Shown: positions 1-9,245, counted from the stretch's first letter. The stretch: DNA of 64,000 nt from an uncultured Bacilli bacterium (GCA_934167485.1 CAKPKL010000007.1:12186-76185), one strand, 5' to 3'. The notes: generated by a model not told the origin, from the sequence alone. Numbers and translations are program-made.

Positions 1-1
1 C

Positions 2-640
2 ATTAATGTAGATTTAATATATGCTATACCAAAAGAGGATATGAATATATTAAAAAATGATTTAGATTTATTCTTGTCACTTAATATTAATCATATTTCT
101 ACATATTCTCTTATAATAGAACCTAATACTAAGTTATACATTGATAAATTTAAAAATATAGATGAGGATTTAGATTATGAAATGTATAAATATATTTGTA
201 CTAAATTAAAGGAAAATGGTTATAATCATTATGAAATTAGTAATTTTGCCAAAGATGGTTATGAATCCTCTCATAATTTAACTTATTGGAATAATGAAGA
301 ATATTATGGATTTGGGTTAGGAGCTTCAGGATATGTTAATGGCATCCGTTATGATAATACAAAGAATTTAAATAAATATTTAAATAAAAATTATATATAT
401 GAATCACATGAGTTAGAATTAAAAGAAACTATAGAAAATGAATTTATATTAGGATTTAGAAAAGTTAAAGGGATAAATAAAAAAATTTTTCAAGATAAAT
501 ATAATATAAATATAAAAGATATAAATCATGTGAAGAAATTAATAACTGATGGTAAACTTTTAGAAGATGAAGATAATATTTATATTAATCCTAAATACTT
601 ATATACTTCTAATGATATATTAATAGAATTTTTAAATTAA
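2..640 (+). CDS. hemW: Radical SAM heme chaperone HemW / HemN-like protein, C-terminal part (5' end lies outside the window)
   Basis: The frame is open from base 2 (INVDLIYAIPKED...). The HemN_C-like segment NLTYWNNEEYYGFGLGASGY is typical of the HemW/HemN family. Confidence 0.65.
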   Translation: MNVDLIYAIPKEDMNILKNDLDLFLSLNINHISTYSLIIEPNTKLYIDKFKNIDEDLDYEMYKYICTKLKENGYNHYEISNFAKDGYESSHNLTYWNNEEYYGFGLGASGYVNGIRYDNTKNLNKYLNKNYIYESHELELKETIENEFILGFRKVKGINKKIFQDKYNINIKDINHVKKLITDGKLLEDEDNIYINPKYLYTSNDILIEFLN

Positions 641-685
641 AAGTTATTGAAAATAATCAATAATTTTTTTAATATATAACAAAAA

Positions 686-708
686 GAAACTGCCCCCTGA
701 GCAGTTTC
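686..708 (+). terminator. Hairpin downstream of hemW (GAAACTGC-ccccTGA-GCAGTTTC), with no clear U-tract
   Basis: Perfect 8-bp inverted repeat read directly from the sequence. It is followed by tataaaag rather than a T-run. Confidence 0.35.
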
Positions 709-904
709 TATAAAAGAATAAAAAGGGGTTGGCTAGTGTGATACTAGCACCAATCCAGTTCTCTGAATTGGTACTTAATATACTAATCTAAAAGTATTAA
801 TTTGTCAAGCATTTTTTAAAAAAAAATAAAAAATTTTTAAAAATATTAAAAAGTTATCGAATATATGATATACTTAATATGTTATGAATTTAGGAAGGTG
901 AAAT

Positions 905-1372
905 ATGATTACTAAATATTTAATCGTGTTTTTTGTTTCGATGGTACCATTAATAGAACTTAGAGGTGCGATACCAATTGCAGTTGGAATGGATCTTGAT
1001 AAGTTAGTTTCATTTATAATTAGTATAGTTGGAAATATGTTACCAGTACCAATAATATATTTGTTTGCTCGTAAAGTATTAATATGGGGTAAAGATAAAA
1101 AATACATAGGTAAATTTTTTACTTGGTGTCTACAAAAAGGTGAAAAAGGTGGTAAAAAATTAGAATCAAAAGCTGGTAGAGGTCTATATTGGGCATTATT
1201 TTTATTCGTAGGAGTACCATTACCTGGCACAGGAGCATGGACTGGAACTCTTGCGGCATCTATATTAGATTTAGACTTTAAAAAAACAGTTATAGCTGTT
1301 ATGGGAGGCGTATTACTTGCTGGTTTAATAATGATGGCTATATCTTTTGGTCTATTTAGTTTTATAGGTTAA
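905..1372 (+). CDS. Small membrane protein, COG2426 / small multidrug export-like family
   Basis: The N-terminus VSMVPLIELRGAIPIAVGMDL and the glycine-rich TM segments match my recollection of this family. An RBS (aggaaggtg) lies upstream. Confidence 0.55.
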   Translation: MITKYLIVFFVSMVPLIELRGAIPIAVGMDLDKLVSFIISIVGNMLPVPIIYLFARKVLIWGKDKKYIGKFFTWCLQKGEKGGKKLESKAGRGLYWALFLFVGVPLPGTGAWTGTLAASILDLDFKKTVIAVMGGVLLAGLIMMAISFGLFSFIG

Positions 1373-1374
1373 AT

Positions 1375-3354
1375 ATGAATATAGAATCTTTAAAGGGAGT
1401 AGGCCCTAAAACTAAAAAAGTATTTGAAAATAACGGGATAATAACTACAGATGATTTAATAAGTTATTATCCTTTTAGATATAATATTTTAAAAAGAAGT
1501 AATATAGATGAATTACAAAATATTGATAAAGTAATTATAGATGGTGTAGTAGAAAGTGTACCTAGTATATTTTATTTCAATAAAAAAATGAATAAAATGT
1601 CATTTAAATTAAATACAGGTAATAATTTATATAATATAACAATATTTAATAGAGCATTTTTAAAAAGTAGAATTGTTGTAGGAATGAAGATAACAGTAAT
1701 AGGTAAAATAGATAAGATGCATAATACAATAACAGCAAATGATATAAAATTATCAGCACTCCCAAGTATTCCTTTAATAGAACCTGTTTATCATCAATTA
1801 GGGAGTATTACTAGTAGAGAAATAAGTAATTATATAAAAGAAATAAAAGAATTCAATATAATTAAATATATACCAGAATATTTAGAAGAAAAATATAAAT
1901 TAATTTCTAAAAAAGAAGCAGTTATAAATATACATAATCCTTATAATGAATATAAATTAAAACAAAGTTTGGCATACCTAAAATATGAAGAATTATTTTT
2001 ATTTATGTTGAAGATGAATAGTCTAAAATTAAATAAAGAAAACAAAATAGGGTTAAAAAGAGATGTAGATTACGAAAAAGTATTAAAATTTATAGATGAA
2101 TTGCCATTTAAATTAACTTGTGATCAGGTAAAATGTGTAGAAGATATATATCGTGATTTAACACATAAAAATAGGATGAATAGACTTGTACAAGGTGATG
2201 TAGGAAGTGGTAAAACAGTAACTGCAGTAATTTCTCTTTACATAAATTATCTAGGAGGATATCAAGGTGCGCTTATGGTGCCAACTGAGGTTTTAGCAGA
2301 ACAGCATTTTAATAATCTAAAAAATATGTTTTCTAAATACGATATAAAAATAGAACTTTTAACAGGTTCATTAAAACAAAAAGAAAAAAAAGATATATAT
2401 AAAAGATTACAAAATAAAGAAATAGATATAATAATAGGAACACATGCTTTATTTAGTGAAGATGTTGTTTATAATAATTTAGGATTAGTAGTGACAGATG
2501 AGCAGCATAGATTTGGAGTAAACCAAAGAAGTAATTTAAAAAATAAAGGTATAACACCTGATATACTTTATTTGAGTGCTACACCGATACCAAGAACATA
2601 TGCTCTTACTATTTATGGTGATATGGATATATCAAGTATAAAGACTATGCCAAGTGGTAGAAAAGAAATAATAACTATGTTAAAAAAGACAAGTGAAATA
2701 AAAGATTTATTAGAACTTATTTATGAAGAAATAAAGAAAAAACATCAAATATATGTAATCGCACCTTTAATAGAAGAATCAGATAAAATAGATTTGGAGA
2801 ATGTAAATAAATTAGAAGAACAGTTTACAAAGGCATTTGGTAAGGTTTGTAAAATAGGTGTAATGCATGGAAAGATGTCTAAGGATGAAAAAAATTCAAT
2901 AATGGATGAATTTAAAAAGGGAGATATTACAATATTAATTAGTACTACAGTTATAGAAGTTGGTGTAGATGTAAAAAATGCTACTGTAATGGCTATTTTT
3001 GATGCTTATAGATTTGGACTTTCGCAGTTACATCAATTAAGAGGTAGAGTAGGCAGAAATGATTTACAAAGTTATTGTATACTTATAAGTGATAAAGAAA
3101 AGGAAAGACTTAATGTAATGACAAAGACTACTGATGGATTTAAAATAAGCGAAGAAGACTTTAAACTTAGAGGTAGTGGAGATTTATTTGGTGTAAGACA
3201 AAGTGGTGACATGTCATTTAAGATAGCTAATTTAAAAGAGGATTTTAATATATTACTTAAAGCTAGGGAAGATACTGAAGAATTATTAAAAAATGATATT
3301 AAAGATTATCCTGAGTTAATGAAACTTTTGAATGATTCTAAAAATTTAGATTGA
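1375..3354 (+). CDS. recG: ATP-dependent DNA helicase RecG
   Basis: Walker A GDVGSGKT, DEQH box (VTDEQHRFG), the TPIPRT motif and a C-terminal helicase domain. Length is 659 aa. The gene ends in a TGA stop. Confidence 0.92.
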   Translation: MNIESLKGVGPKTKKVFENNGIITTDDLISYYPFRYNILKRSNIDELQNIDKVIIDGVVESVPSIFYFNKKMNKMSFKLNTGNNLYNITIFNRAFLKSRIVVGMKITVIGKIDKMHNTITANDIKLSALPSIPLIEPVYHQLGSITSREISNYIKEIKEFNIIKYIPEYLEEKYKLISKKEAVINIHNPYNEYKLKQSLAYLKYEELFLFMLKMNSLKLNKENKIGLKRDVDYEKVLKFIDELPFKLTCDQVKCVEDIYRDLTHKNRMNRLVQGDVGSGKTVTAVISLYINYLGGYQGALMVPTEVLAEQHFNNLKNMFSKYDIKIELLTGSLKQKEKKDIYKRLQNKEIDIIIGTHALFSEDVVYNNLGLVVTDEQHRFGVNQRSNLKNKGITPDILYLSATPIPRTYALTIYGDMDISSIKTMPSGRKEIITMLKKTSEIKDLLELIYEEIKKKHQIYVIAPLIEESDKIDLENVNKLEEQFTKAFGKVCKIGVMHGKMSKDEKNSIMDEFKKGDITILISTTVIEVGVDVKNATVMAIFDAYRFGLSQLHQLRGRVGRNDLQSYCILISDKEKERLNVMTKTTDGFKISEEDFKLRGSGDLFGVRQSGDMSFKIANLKEDFNILLKAREDTEELLKNDIKDYPELMKLLNDSKNLD

Positions 3355-3358
3355 TATC

Positions 3359-3387
3359 TTGACTATTTTATAAAAATCATTTATACT
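3359..3387 (+). promoter_or_regulatory. Sigma-A-type promoter (TTGACT, 17 nt, TATACT) just after recG
   Basis: Hexamers and spacing read directly from the sequence. Confidence 0.5.
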
Positions 3388-3393
3388 TATAAT

Positions 3394-3500
3394 GGTATGA
3401 TAAACATACCAAGTATTCTTTATGTTATTTATGTAAATAAATGATGTAAAGGATACACAACCAAAACCCCCTGAAGACACCCTTATTGGGTGTCATTTTT
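3394..3500 (+). ncRNA. Candidate ~105-nt small transcript (promoter to intrinsic terminator). Its 3' end coincides with the island attachment repeat.
   Basis: Bounded by the promoter at 3359-3387. It has a 5' hairpin GGTATG-ataaa-CATACC and a terminator GACACCC-ttatt-GGGTGTC followed by ATTTTT. No credible ORF or RBS lies inside. I do not recognise the RNA family. Confidence 0.3.
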
Positions 3501-3506
3501 GTTTAT
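3467..3506 (+). repeat. Junction repeat A (att-like): CCCCCTGAAG, hairpin, ATTTTTGTTTAT
   Basis: Same architecture as the copies at 7421, 15451 and 23836. The flanks are conserved while the stem sequences differ but still pair. Confidence 0.7.
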
Positions 3507-3558
3507 ATGTACGTAAATAAGGGAATTATAGAGATTTAGAAAAAGTAAAAAATAATGC

Positions 3559-3577
3559 TAGGTATCAATTAGGTACC
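3559..3577 (+). repeat. Arm-type direct repeat pair TAGGTATC / TAGGTACC (11-nt register), left end of E1
   Basis: Read directly from the sequence. The same motif recurs at 7329-7348 and 15543-15561. Confidence 0.6.
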
Positions 3578-3646
3578 ATTTTAAAAAATTTCTAAATTTT
3601 GGTATATTATATTGGTTACATAAAAAAATATTTTTAAGCCAAAGTC

Positions 3647-4093
3647 TTGACATATATTAACAAAAATGGAATAGGCTTGGTTATTCAACAAGATATTCCG
3701 GGTTCTAAGATTAGGGGAGCTTTTAAAGTTCATAAAGAGGTACCAGCGATTTATATTACATACAAGCATAAAAGAATTGGAGATATATACTTTGCATTAT
3801 TCCATGAGTTAGCACATTGCAAAAAGGATTTTAATCAAGCGAAAGGTACAAATTTGGTTTCATATGATAATGAAATAAAAACTGAGGAAACAGCTGATTT
3901 ACAAGCATATGAATGGATGGTTGATAACAAATATTATGAAAAGATTATTAATAATCAGGAATATGATATCGATAACGAGATGGTTTATCCTAAATGTTTT
4001 GTAGTGTATAAATTAGCTAAGGATGGATATATTGATTATTCATCAGAGATATATCAAAAATATAATTTCTTATTAAAAACAGATAATAAGTAG
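3647..4093 (+). CDS. ImmA/IrrE-family zinc metallopeptidase domain, 5'-truncated
   Basis: HExxH motif in FALFHELAHC, preceded by the usual GAF..hk..PvIyi pattern. The frame is closed by TAA only 4 codons upstream of a TTG, so the N-terminal part is missing. Confidence 0.5.
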   Translation: MTYINKNGIGLVIQQDIPGSKIRGAFKVHKEVPAIYITYKHKRIGDIYFALFHELAHCKKDFNQAKGTNLVSYDNEIKTEETADLQAYEWMVDNKYYEKIINNQEYDIDNEMVYPKCFVVYKLAKDGYIDYSSEIYQKYNFLLKTDNK

Positions 4094-4132
4094 TTTTATT
4101 AAAAATAGCTAGGAATGCTCCTGGCTTTTAGT

Positions 4133-4189
4133 TTATTCTAATTTGTCAATAAGATTTACAACCTCGTTTAAGGCTGAATTAAATAAGAA
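4133..4189 (-). pseudogene. Tyrosine integrase 3'-terminal remnant (last ~18 codons only)
   Basis: The minus strand translates to LFNSALNEVVNLIDKLE*. That matches the C-terminus of the integrase at 16319-17335 (LFNSALNEVVDLIDKLE*) with one substitution, despite many synonymous nucleotide differences. Similarity stops abruptly upstream. Confidence 0.75.
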
Positions 4190-4517
4190 AGATAAAAATA
4201 AAGTTATTAAAATAATGAAAAAGAGATAAAAAAACAAGAACAGTCTATTGATGATTAAAAAAAATTACTTACTGAAGAAGAATGATTTTTTAGTTAGTAA
4301 TGACAATATGACAAGAAATAGTGATATATGGTATGGTGTAATAAAGATGTCGTTGCTGTCATTGAAAATATAATGTTTGTCTAGCTAGTAAGCAATGAAT
4401 TTCTACTACTATATAAAATTCTATAATATAAATATACAAAATACTTATAACTAACAAGTTATTAAGTATTTTTTATTTTTATGTGCTATAATATATATTA
4501 CTTTGAGGGAGATTACT

Positions 4518-7175
4518 ATGGAATACGCAATTCAACAAAAGATAGACAAATTAAGTAAGATGTACAATTATTTTGAAGGTAAGAAAGCTATTAAGATTAT
4601 ATCTTCGATGACTATAGAAGAAGCAGAAATAGTTTTATCAAATCCAAGAGTACAAGAGATAATATTTAGAATAGATGATGTAGATACCTTAAGAGAAATT
4701 TTTAGAAAAAGTCCAGCATTTTTTCAGGAAATAATGTTTTCAAATGAAAGAACACAAGACCTACTTATTTCTCCTAAAAAATCTCTTAAAAGAAAAGAAT
4801 TAATAACAAACTATAATAATAGAAATTTTGTATTTAGCGAAAAAGAAATTAGAGAACTAGAAGTTTTTCTACATGCTATTAAAAGTTCAAAAATTTATGA
4901 GCAAATTGTAGATAGTAAATTTTTTCAAAGAATTGTACCAATGCTTTATGAAAAACAAATAACCAAATCTTTCTTTAGAGGTATTGATGCTGTTAAATTA
5001 TTTTATAATATTATTAATGATAAAGAAATATTTAATACTAAAAAACCAAGACAAAGAAATATAATTGAAATATTCAATAAAGTTAGTAATCATATCTTAT
5101 TATCAGATGATTATGAAAAAATTATTGGTGATGGTGAAAAATTTATTCAATCTAAAAAGTGGAAATGTAAAGATGAAGAAAAGATTTTTATAGATGACAG
5201 AACGCTATCTTTACTTACAATCCCGATGTTGGAAGAATTATTAGAATTTGAAAATATAGATAATGAATATATTAAGAACTATCTGAAAAAAGATATACTA
5301 CCTAAGATTATTAAAAATAATTATGATTTTAATAAAATATTCTCACATCTTTTGACAGGTAATTATAATTGTTTTAATGGTATTGATTATATTTACTTTA
5401 GTGTAATAATTGAGGAAATTGATAATAATGAAGAACTAAAAGAAAAATTTATAAATTTTATTTATAACATTTTATGTAATAATCAAAACTTTAATTTAAC
5501 TGAAGAAGATATGGTAAAAAAAGTACTATACAGCAAGATGAAAAACATGGAAATAAACAGGGAACAATATAAAAATTTATTCTATTCTCCAGATGGATTA
5601 AAGACAATTTTCTATCTAAAGTTTGGTAAATTATCTCAAAGAATGGATTACTTAAATGGTATTTCTTCAAAACAATTAATTTATTTAAATATTAAACATA
5701 TAAATCAAATATTAAATTCTTTAAATATTGAAAATGAAGATGAACTTTCAAATTTATATTCATTTTCAATAAAATTATATATGGTATTTGGATTAGAAAG
5801 AACATTAAAGATTCTTAAAGGTGATTATGGTCATATTAATAGATATTTCTTTGATAATGTAAGTAATCTTAATGTTAAAAACGTTGAATTGATAAAAGAA
5901 GGTAAAAAATATATACCTAAAATATCAAATGAATTTATAAGTTTTATGTTTGCTAACCAAAATGAAAATCATTTTAAAAATATGCTTTCAGATTCCTCTA
6001 GTTTATTAAGTAAAAATTGGAGTTACTTATATAATAATTATGAAGAACTAAAAGAAAAATGTCATGGTGTAATAACTCTTAAAAAACTTAATGTAATATT
6101 AAAAGAATTATCTCCTGAAAGAGACATTGATGATGTATCACCTAATAATTACAAATTACAAGAAAATGATATTTTAAATGATGTGTGTTTAGGTAATAAG
6201 TCAAGAAAGTCAAATCAAGAAGTATATAAAATGGTATTAGATATATATGAAAAAATGAAACGTAGAACAGAATCTAGTATTCCATATGTAAAAGGTGAAG
6301 CATCTAATGGATATTCATACGAGATGATGAAATTAAATGATCCGATAGCATTTACATTAGGATATAGATGCAATTGTTGTATAAGAGTTAACGATATTGC
6401 ACATAATCATTTATTACATGCTACATTATGTAGAAATGGTAGAATATTATTGCTTTTTGATAAACATCATCAATTAGCAGGATTTGTTCCATTAAAAAGA
6501 AATGGTGAATTACTTATAGCTAATAGTATTGAGTGTTTGCATAAAGTTAGAAATGAAAGTGCAATAATTGCATTTAAAGAAGCTATAAATGATATTGTTG
6601 AGATATCACAAAACAATGAAAAAGATTCAATAAAATTAGTATGTATTGGTCGTGAGGCATATGCAAAGCCAAATGGAATACCATTCCCTAATGATATTCC
6701 AACTCCAACTATTTTTGAAAAGAATGATCCTACTTATGCTCATACTGATCAATATCATAGAACACTAGATATTATATATCAGAAGCCTGCATTAAATATA
6801 TCTAATATTAAGTATGGTAATCCAACTTGCAGTTATACTGACCCTAGACCACAAATAAATTCTTGTGATTTCAGAAATGGAAATAATGAAACTATTGAAC
6901 AAGCATTAAAAGTTATTAATGCAGTAAGATATGAAAATGCCGATATAGAGGAATTAGAAAATTTCGCTTTATGTAGAAGATACGGTTTAGATAAATGTAT
7001 ATACAATGAAGATTGGTATATTGTAACGACATATGATGGTAAAATATATGGTGATTTTCTTAAATTTAATCCTAAAGCTGAGACAGAATATAAAATTGCT
7101 TTTGGTGAACTAGTTGGAATGAGTTACGATAATTATAAAGAAAAAAATGGTAAAGAGAAAAAATTAAGTTTATAA
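4518..7175 (+). CDS. Large hypothetical protein (885 aa), with a helical N-terminal two thirds and a Cys/His-containing C-terminal region
   Basis: Long ORF with RBS gagggag 7 nt before the ATG at 4518. It is preceded by a terminator hairpin and a TGcTATAAT promoter. I recognise no motif. Confidence 0.8.
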   Translation: MEYAIQQKIDKLSKMYNYFEGKKAIKIISSMTIEEAEIVLSNPRVQEIIFRIDDVDTLREIFRKSPAFFQEIMFSNERTQDLLISPKKSLKRKELITNYNNRNFVFSEKEIRELEVFLHAIKSSKIYEQIVDSKFFQRIVPMLYEKQITKSFFRGIDAVKLFYNIINDKEIFNTKKPRQRNIIEIFNKVSNHILLSDDYEKIIGDGEKFIQSKKWKCKDEEKIFIDDRTLSLLTIPMLEELLEFENIDNEYIKNYLKKDILPKIIKNNYDFNKIFSHLLTGNYNCFNGIDYIYFSVIIEEIDNNEELKEKFINFIYNILCNNQNFNLTEEDMVKKVLYSKMKNMEINREQYKNLFYSPDGLKTIFYLKFGKLSQRMDYLNGISSKQLIYLNIKHINQILNSLNIENEDELSNLYSFSIKLYMVFGLERTLKILKGDYGHINRYFFDNVSNLNVKNVELIKEGKKYIPKISNEFISFMFANQNENHFKNMLSDSSSLLSKNWSYLYNNYEELKEKCHGVITLKKLNVILKELSPERDIDDVSPNNYKLQENDILNDVCLGNKSRKSNQEVYKMVLDIYEKMKRRTESSIPYVKGEASNGYSYEMMKLNDPIAFTLGYRCNCCIRVNDIAHNHLLHATLCRNGRILLLFDKHHQLAGFVPLKRNGELLIANSIECLHKVRNESAIIAFKEAINDIVEISQNNEKDSIKLVCIGREAYAKPNGIPFPNDIPTPTIFEKNDPTYAHTDQYHRTLDIIYQKPALNISNIKYGNPTCSYTDPRPQINSCDFRNGNNETIEQALKVINAVRYENADIEELENFALCRRYGLDKCIYNEDWYIVTTYDGKIYGDFLKFNPKAETEYKIAFGELVGMSYDNYKEKNGKEKKLSL

Positions 7176-7328
7176 AAAAGAATATATTAAAAAAGCTAGT
7201 TAAAATCTAACTTTGGTTTTTTCTTTATTTCAGCAAGTGCTAAATCAGGTAAGCAATAATTTCCATATTTTTTATAATTTTGAATCTTTTCTTTAGTGAA
7301 GAATATTAGTAGTTATTGTTTTAAATTT

Positions 7329-7348
7329 TAGGTACCCATTTAGGTACT
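7329..7348 (+). repeat. Arm-type direct repeat pair TAGGTACC / TAGGTACT, right end of E1
   Basis: Read directly from the sequence. Same motif as the left end of E1. Confidence 0.55.
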
Positions 7349-7420
7349 AAATTACTAAAATCTCTTAAAATATAAGAACTTAATTAGCAATAATTTATTT
7401 TATATATGAAAGATTTTGGT

Positions 7421-7457
7421 ACTCTGAAGGAGCGCATTGCGTTCCATTTTTGTTTAT
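7421..7457 (+). repeat. Junction repeat B (degenerate core ACTCTGAAGG, hairpin GGAGCGC-att-GCGTTCC, ATTTTTGTTTAT)
   Basis: Aligned by eye with repeats A, C and D. Confidence 0.6.
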
Positions 7458-7489
7458 TTAAAAGGATTTTCAAGAGTTTAATATTGCTT

Positions 7490-7497
7490 TAGGTGGC
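7490..7497 (+). repeat. Single TAGGTGGC arm-type motif, left end of E2
   Basis: Same 8-mer as the tandem pair at 15317-15335. Confidence 0.4.
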
Positions 7498-7590
7498 TTT
7501 TTAAAAAATTTTTTAAAATTATTATTAATAAATACTAAGAATATAATAAACTATGATATAATATTTATTATATTCAAGGAGTGGTTTTGA

Positions 7591-8148
7591 ATGAAAGAAA
7601 AAGTATTAAATACATATGATGGTAAAGAATATACATTTTCAACATATTTTATTATAAATAATGGGAAATTATTTAGTACTAACAATTTTAATTTTGAAGA
7701 TAATTTAAAAAATTGTTTTTATATTAAAAAGTTTGGTTCAAATGTTCACCCAGTTATATATTTGGACACAAAAGTTGATAATAGATGGGTAAATAAAAAT
7801 CAAGTTATTGGCAATTATAATGCACTTATGGATTTTGTTATAGCTAATGAAAATAGTTATATTTGTATAAGAGGATTTAGTCACACTAATATTGAGCATT
7901 TTATAAGAATGATTAATGAGTTAAAAGGAACTAATATCAAACCAATTAAATTTAAAAGTAAACTTTCAGAGGCACAATATGAAAGACATCTTTTGACTAA
8001 AGAACAAAGAATAAAAAATTTAAATCAAAAACTTGATGCAAGTGGTGAAGTTGAATCTACTCATCAATATATGAAAATTGCAAATAGTGTATTTAGGGAA
8101 AGAAAGCATAAATCAAGAGTAAAAATTATGCAACTAAGAAAAAAGTAA
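7591..8148 (+). CDS. Hypothetical protein (185 aa), first gene of a pair lying between the att junction and the integrase
   Basis: ORF with RBS aaggag upstream. The C-terminus is basic. No motif recognised. Confidence 0.65.
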   Translation: MKEKVLNTYDGKEYTFSTYFIINNGKLFSTNNFNFEDNLKNCFYIKKFGSNVHPVIYLDTKVDNRWVNKNQVIGNYNALMDFVIANENSYICIRGFSHTNIEHFIRMINELKGTNIKPIKFKSKLSEAQYERHLLTKEQRIKNLNQKLDASGEVESTHQYMKIANSVFRERKHKSRVKIMQLRKK

Positions 8149-8162
8149 TTGGAGGTTTTGAA

Positions 8163-9245
8163 ATGACAATTGAACAAGCAAAGCAAGAATTAGTAAGAAG
8201 ATATAAATATTTATATGAGAATGCTTATTTTATATTAGCACCATATATGTATGAACAAAGTGAAGAAAAATTTAAAAAAAATGTAGATAAAAACTTAAAT
8301 AAATATAATGATGCTATATTAAAAAAAACGTTAATTTATTTGAATATCAATAGATTGGATAGTATAAATTCATTATTTGAAGAATTTTTGTTATCAGATA
8401 AACCAATGGAAGAAAGTACACTTTATCAAATGGTAGAAAGTAAAAGAAAAGATAAAGATTATTTAGATAAAGTAAAAAAAAGATTAGAATTACTAGAAAA
8501 AGATAATGCAGATAAAAAGTATGAAATGTTTAAATCAAAACTAAGCATATGGGAAATATTAGAAAAAGTTTCAGATTATATTGAAGAACAATCTGGTGAT
8601 TTAAAAAACAAAGAAAGAAAGTTATATGTTCTTGATCAATATTATAAAATTCATAGATATCAAAACAATGGTAAAATATATATTAGTGGTAGAAAATTAA
8701 ATTTACATGATGTTAGTTCTATTGTTATAGATTTGCATAAAAGAGAACCATTTAGAGATAAAAAAGATATAGGAATTAAAAACAACCCATTTATATCAGT
8801 AATATTTTCTGCGCCATATTATGAAGATAATTGGTCGATTTTTACTGAAAATGAAAAACAACAAATATATTTACAATATCATGATGAATTACCATGCGAT
8901 TTAGAAATAACTTGTGAACTTGAAGAAGAGTATATTCAAACAATGATAGAAACAAGATTATATAGACCTGAAAATACTGAACCTTGTGGAGAAAATTTTG
9001 TTGTAAAAGAAGAAGATATATTTGTTAATCCAAATGATAGATTATACAGATATTATCAATTATGTCCACATTGTGGCTATATGGTAAATATTCCTAAAGA
9101 GATTTTATCAGAAGGGATTAAACAAAGAATAGAAGATAGATGTGATAAAGATGAAAAATTATTTAGAAAAATGTTCCTTTATTCTGAATTGTTTAGTTTA
9201 GATAAAAATTCAACTAAAGGACAAAAGAAAGTATTAAAGAAATAG
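8163..9245 (+). CDS. Hypothetical protein (360 aa) with a possible C-terminal zinc ribbon
   Basis: Starts 14 nt after the previous gene, with RBS ggagg. The cysteines PCGENF...CPHCGYMVNIP suggest a zinc ribbon. Confidence 0.65.
   Translation: MTIEQAKQELVRRYKYLYENAYFILAPYMYEQSEEKFKKNVDKNLNKYNDAILKKTLIYLNINRLDSINSLFEEFLLSDKPMEESTLYQMVESKRKDKDYLDKVKKRLELLEKDNADKKYEMFKSKLSIWEILEKVSDYIEEQSGDLKNKERKLYVLDQYYKIHRYQNNGKIYISGRKLNLHDVSSIVIDLHKREPFRDKKDIGIKNNPFISVIFSAPYYEDNWSIFTENEKQQIYLQYHDELPCDLEITCELEEEYIQTMIETRLYRPENTEPCGENFVVKEEDIFVNPNDRLYRYYQLCPHCGYMVNIPKEILSEGIKQRIEDRCDKDEKLFRKMFLYSELFSLDKNSTKGQKKVLKK

Larger units (their letters stand above)
3467..7420. mobile_element. Integrated element E1, heavily decayed. 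Only a 19-codon integrase remnant and a truncated immA survive alongside an 885-aa orphan cargo gene.
   Basis: Bounded by junction repeats A (3467) and B (7421). TAGGTAYC arm-type repeats lie near both ends (3559-3577 and 7329-7348). Confidence 0.55.

Noticed and set aside
640-905. Hairpins between hemW and the COG2426 gene (GGTTGGCTAGT..ACTAGCACCAATCC and CCAAT..AATTGG), considered as a possible riboswitch.
   Set aside because: I could not match them to any riboswitch consensus I know (preQ1, SAM, TPP, c-di-GMP). Without covariation data the structure is not compelling.
874-1230. Antisense or overlapping ORFs in the supplied track (for example 874-1230, 3581-3769, 9486-9866, 12066-12251, 12845-13120, 14157-14687, 16596-16829, 18499-18783, 21793-21996, 29797-30093, 30781-30981, 31552-31761, 31918-32181, 34010-34192, 38207-38494, 45239-45481, 46137-46412, 47275-47466, 50440-50649, 52998-53189, 59057-59290, 62043-62237).
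   Set aside because: Each lies entirely within, or opposite, a longer ORF with recognisable motifs and an RBS. Their low-complexity Phe/Ile/Leu/Ser-rich translations are typical shadow ORFs of AT-rich coding DNA.
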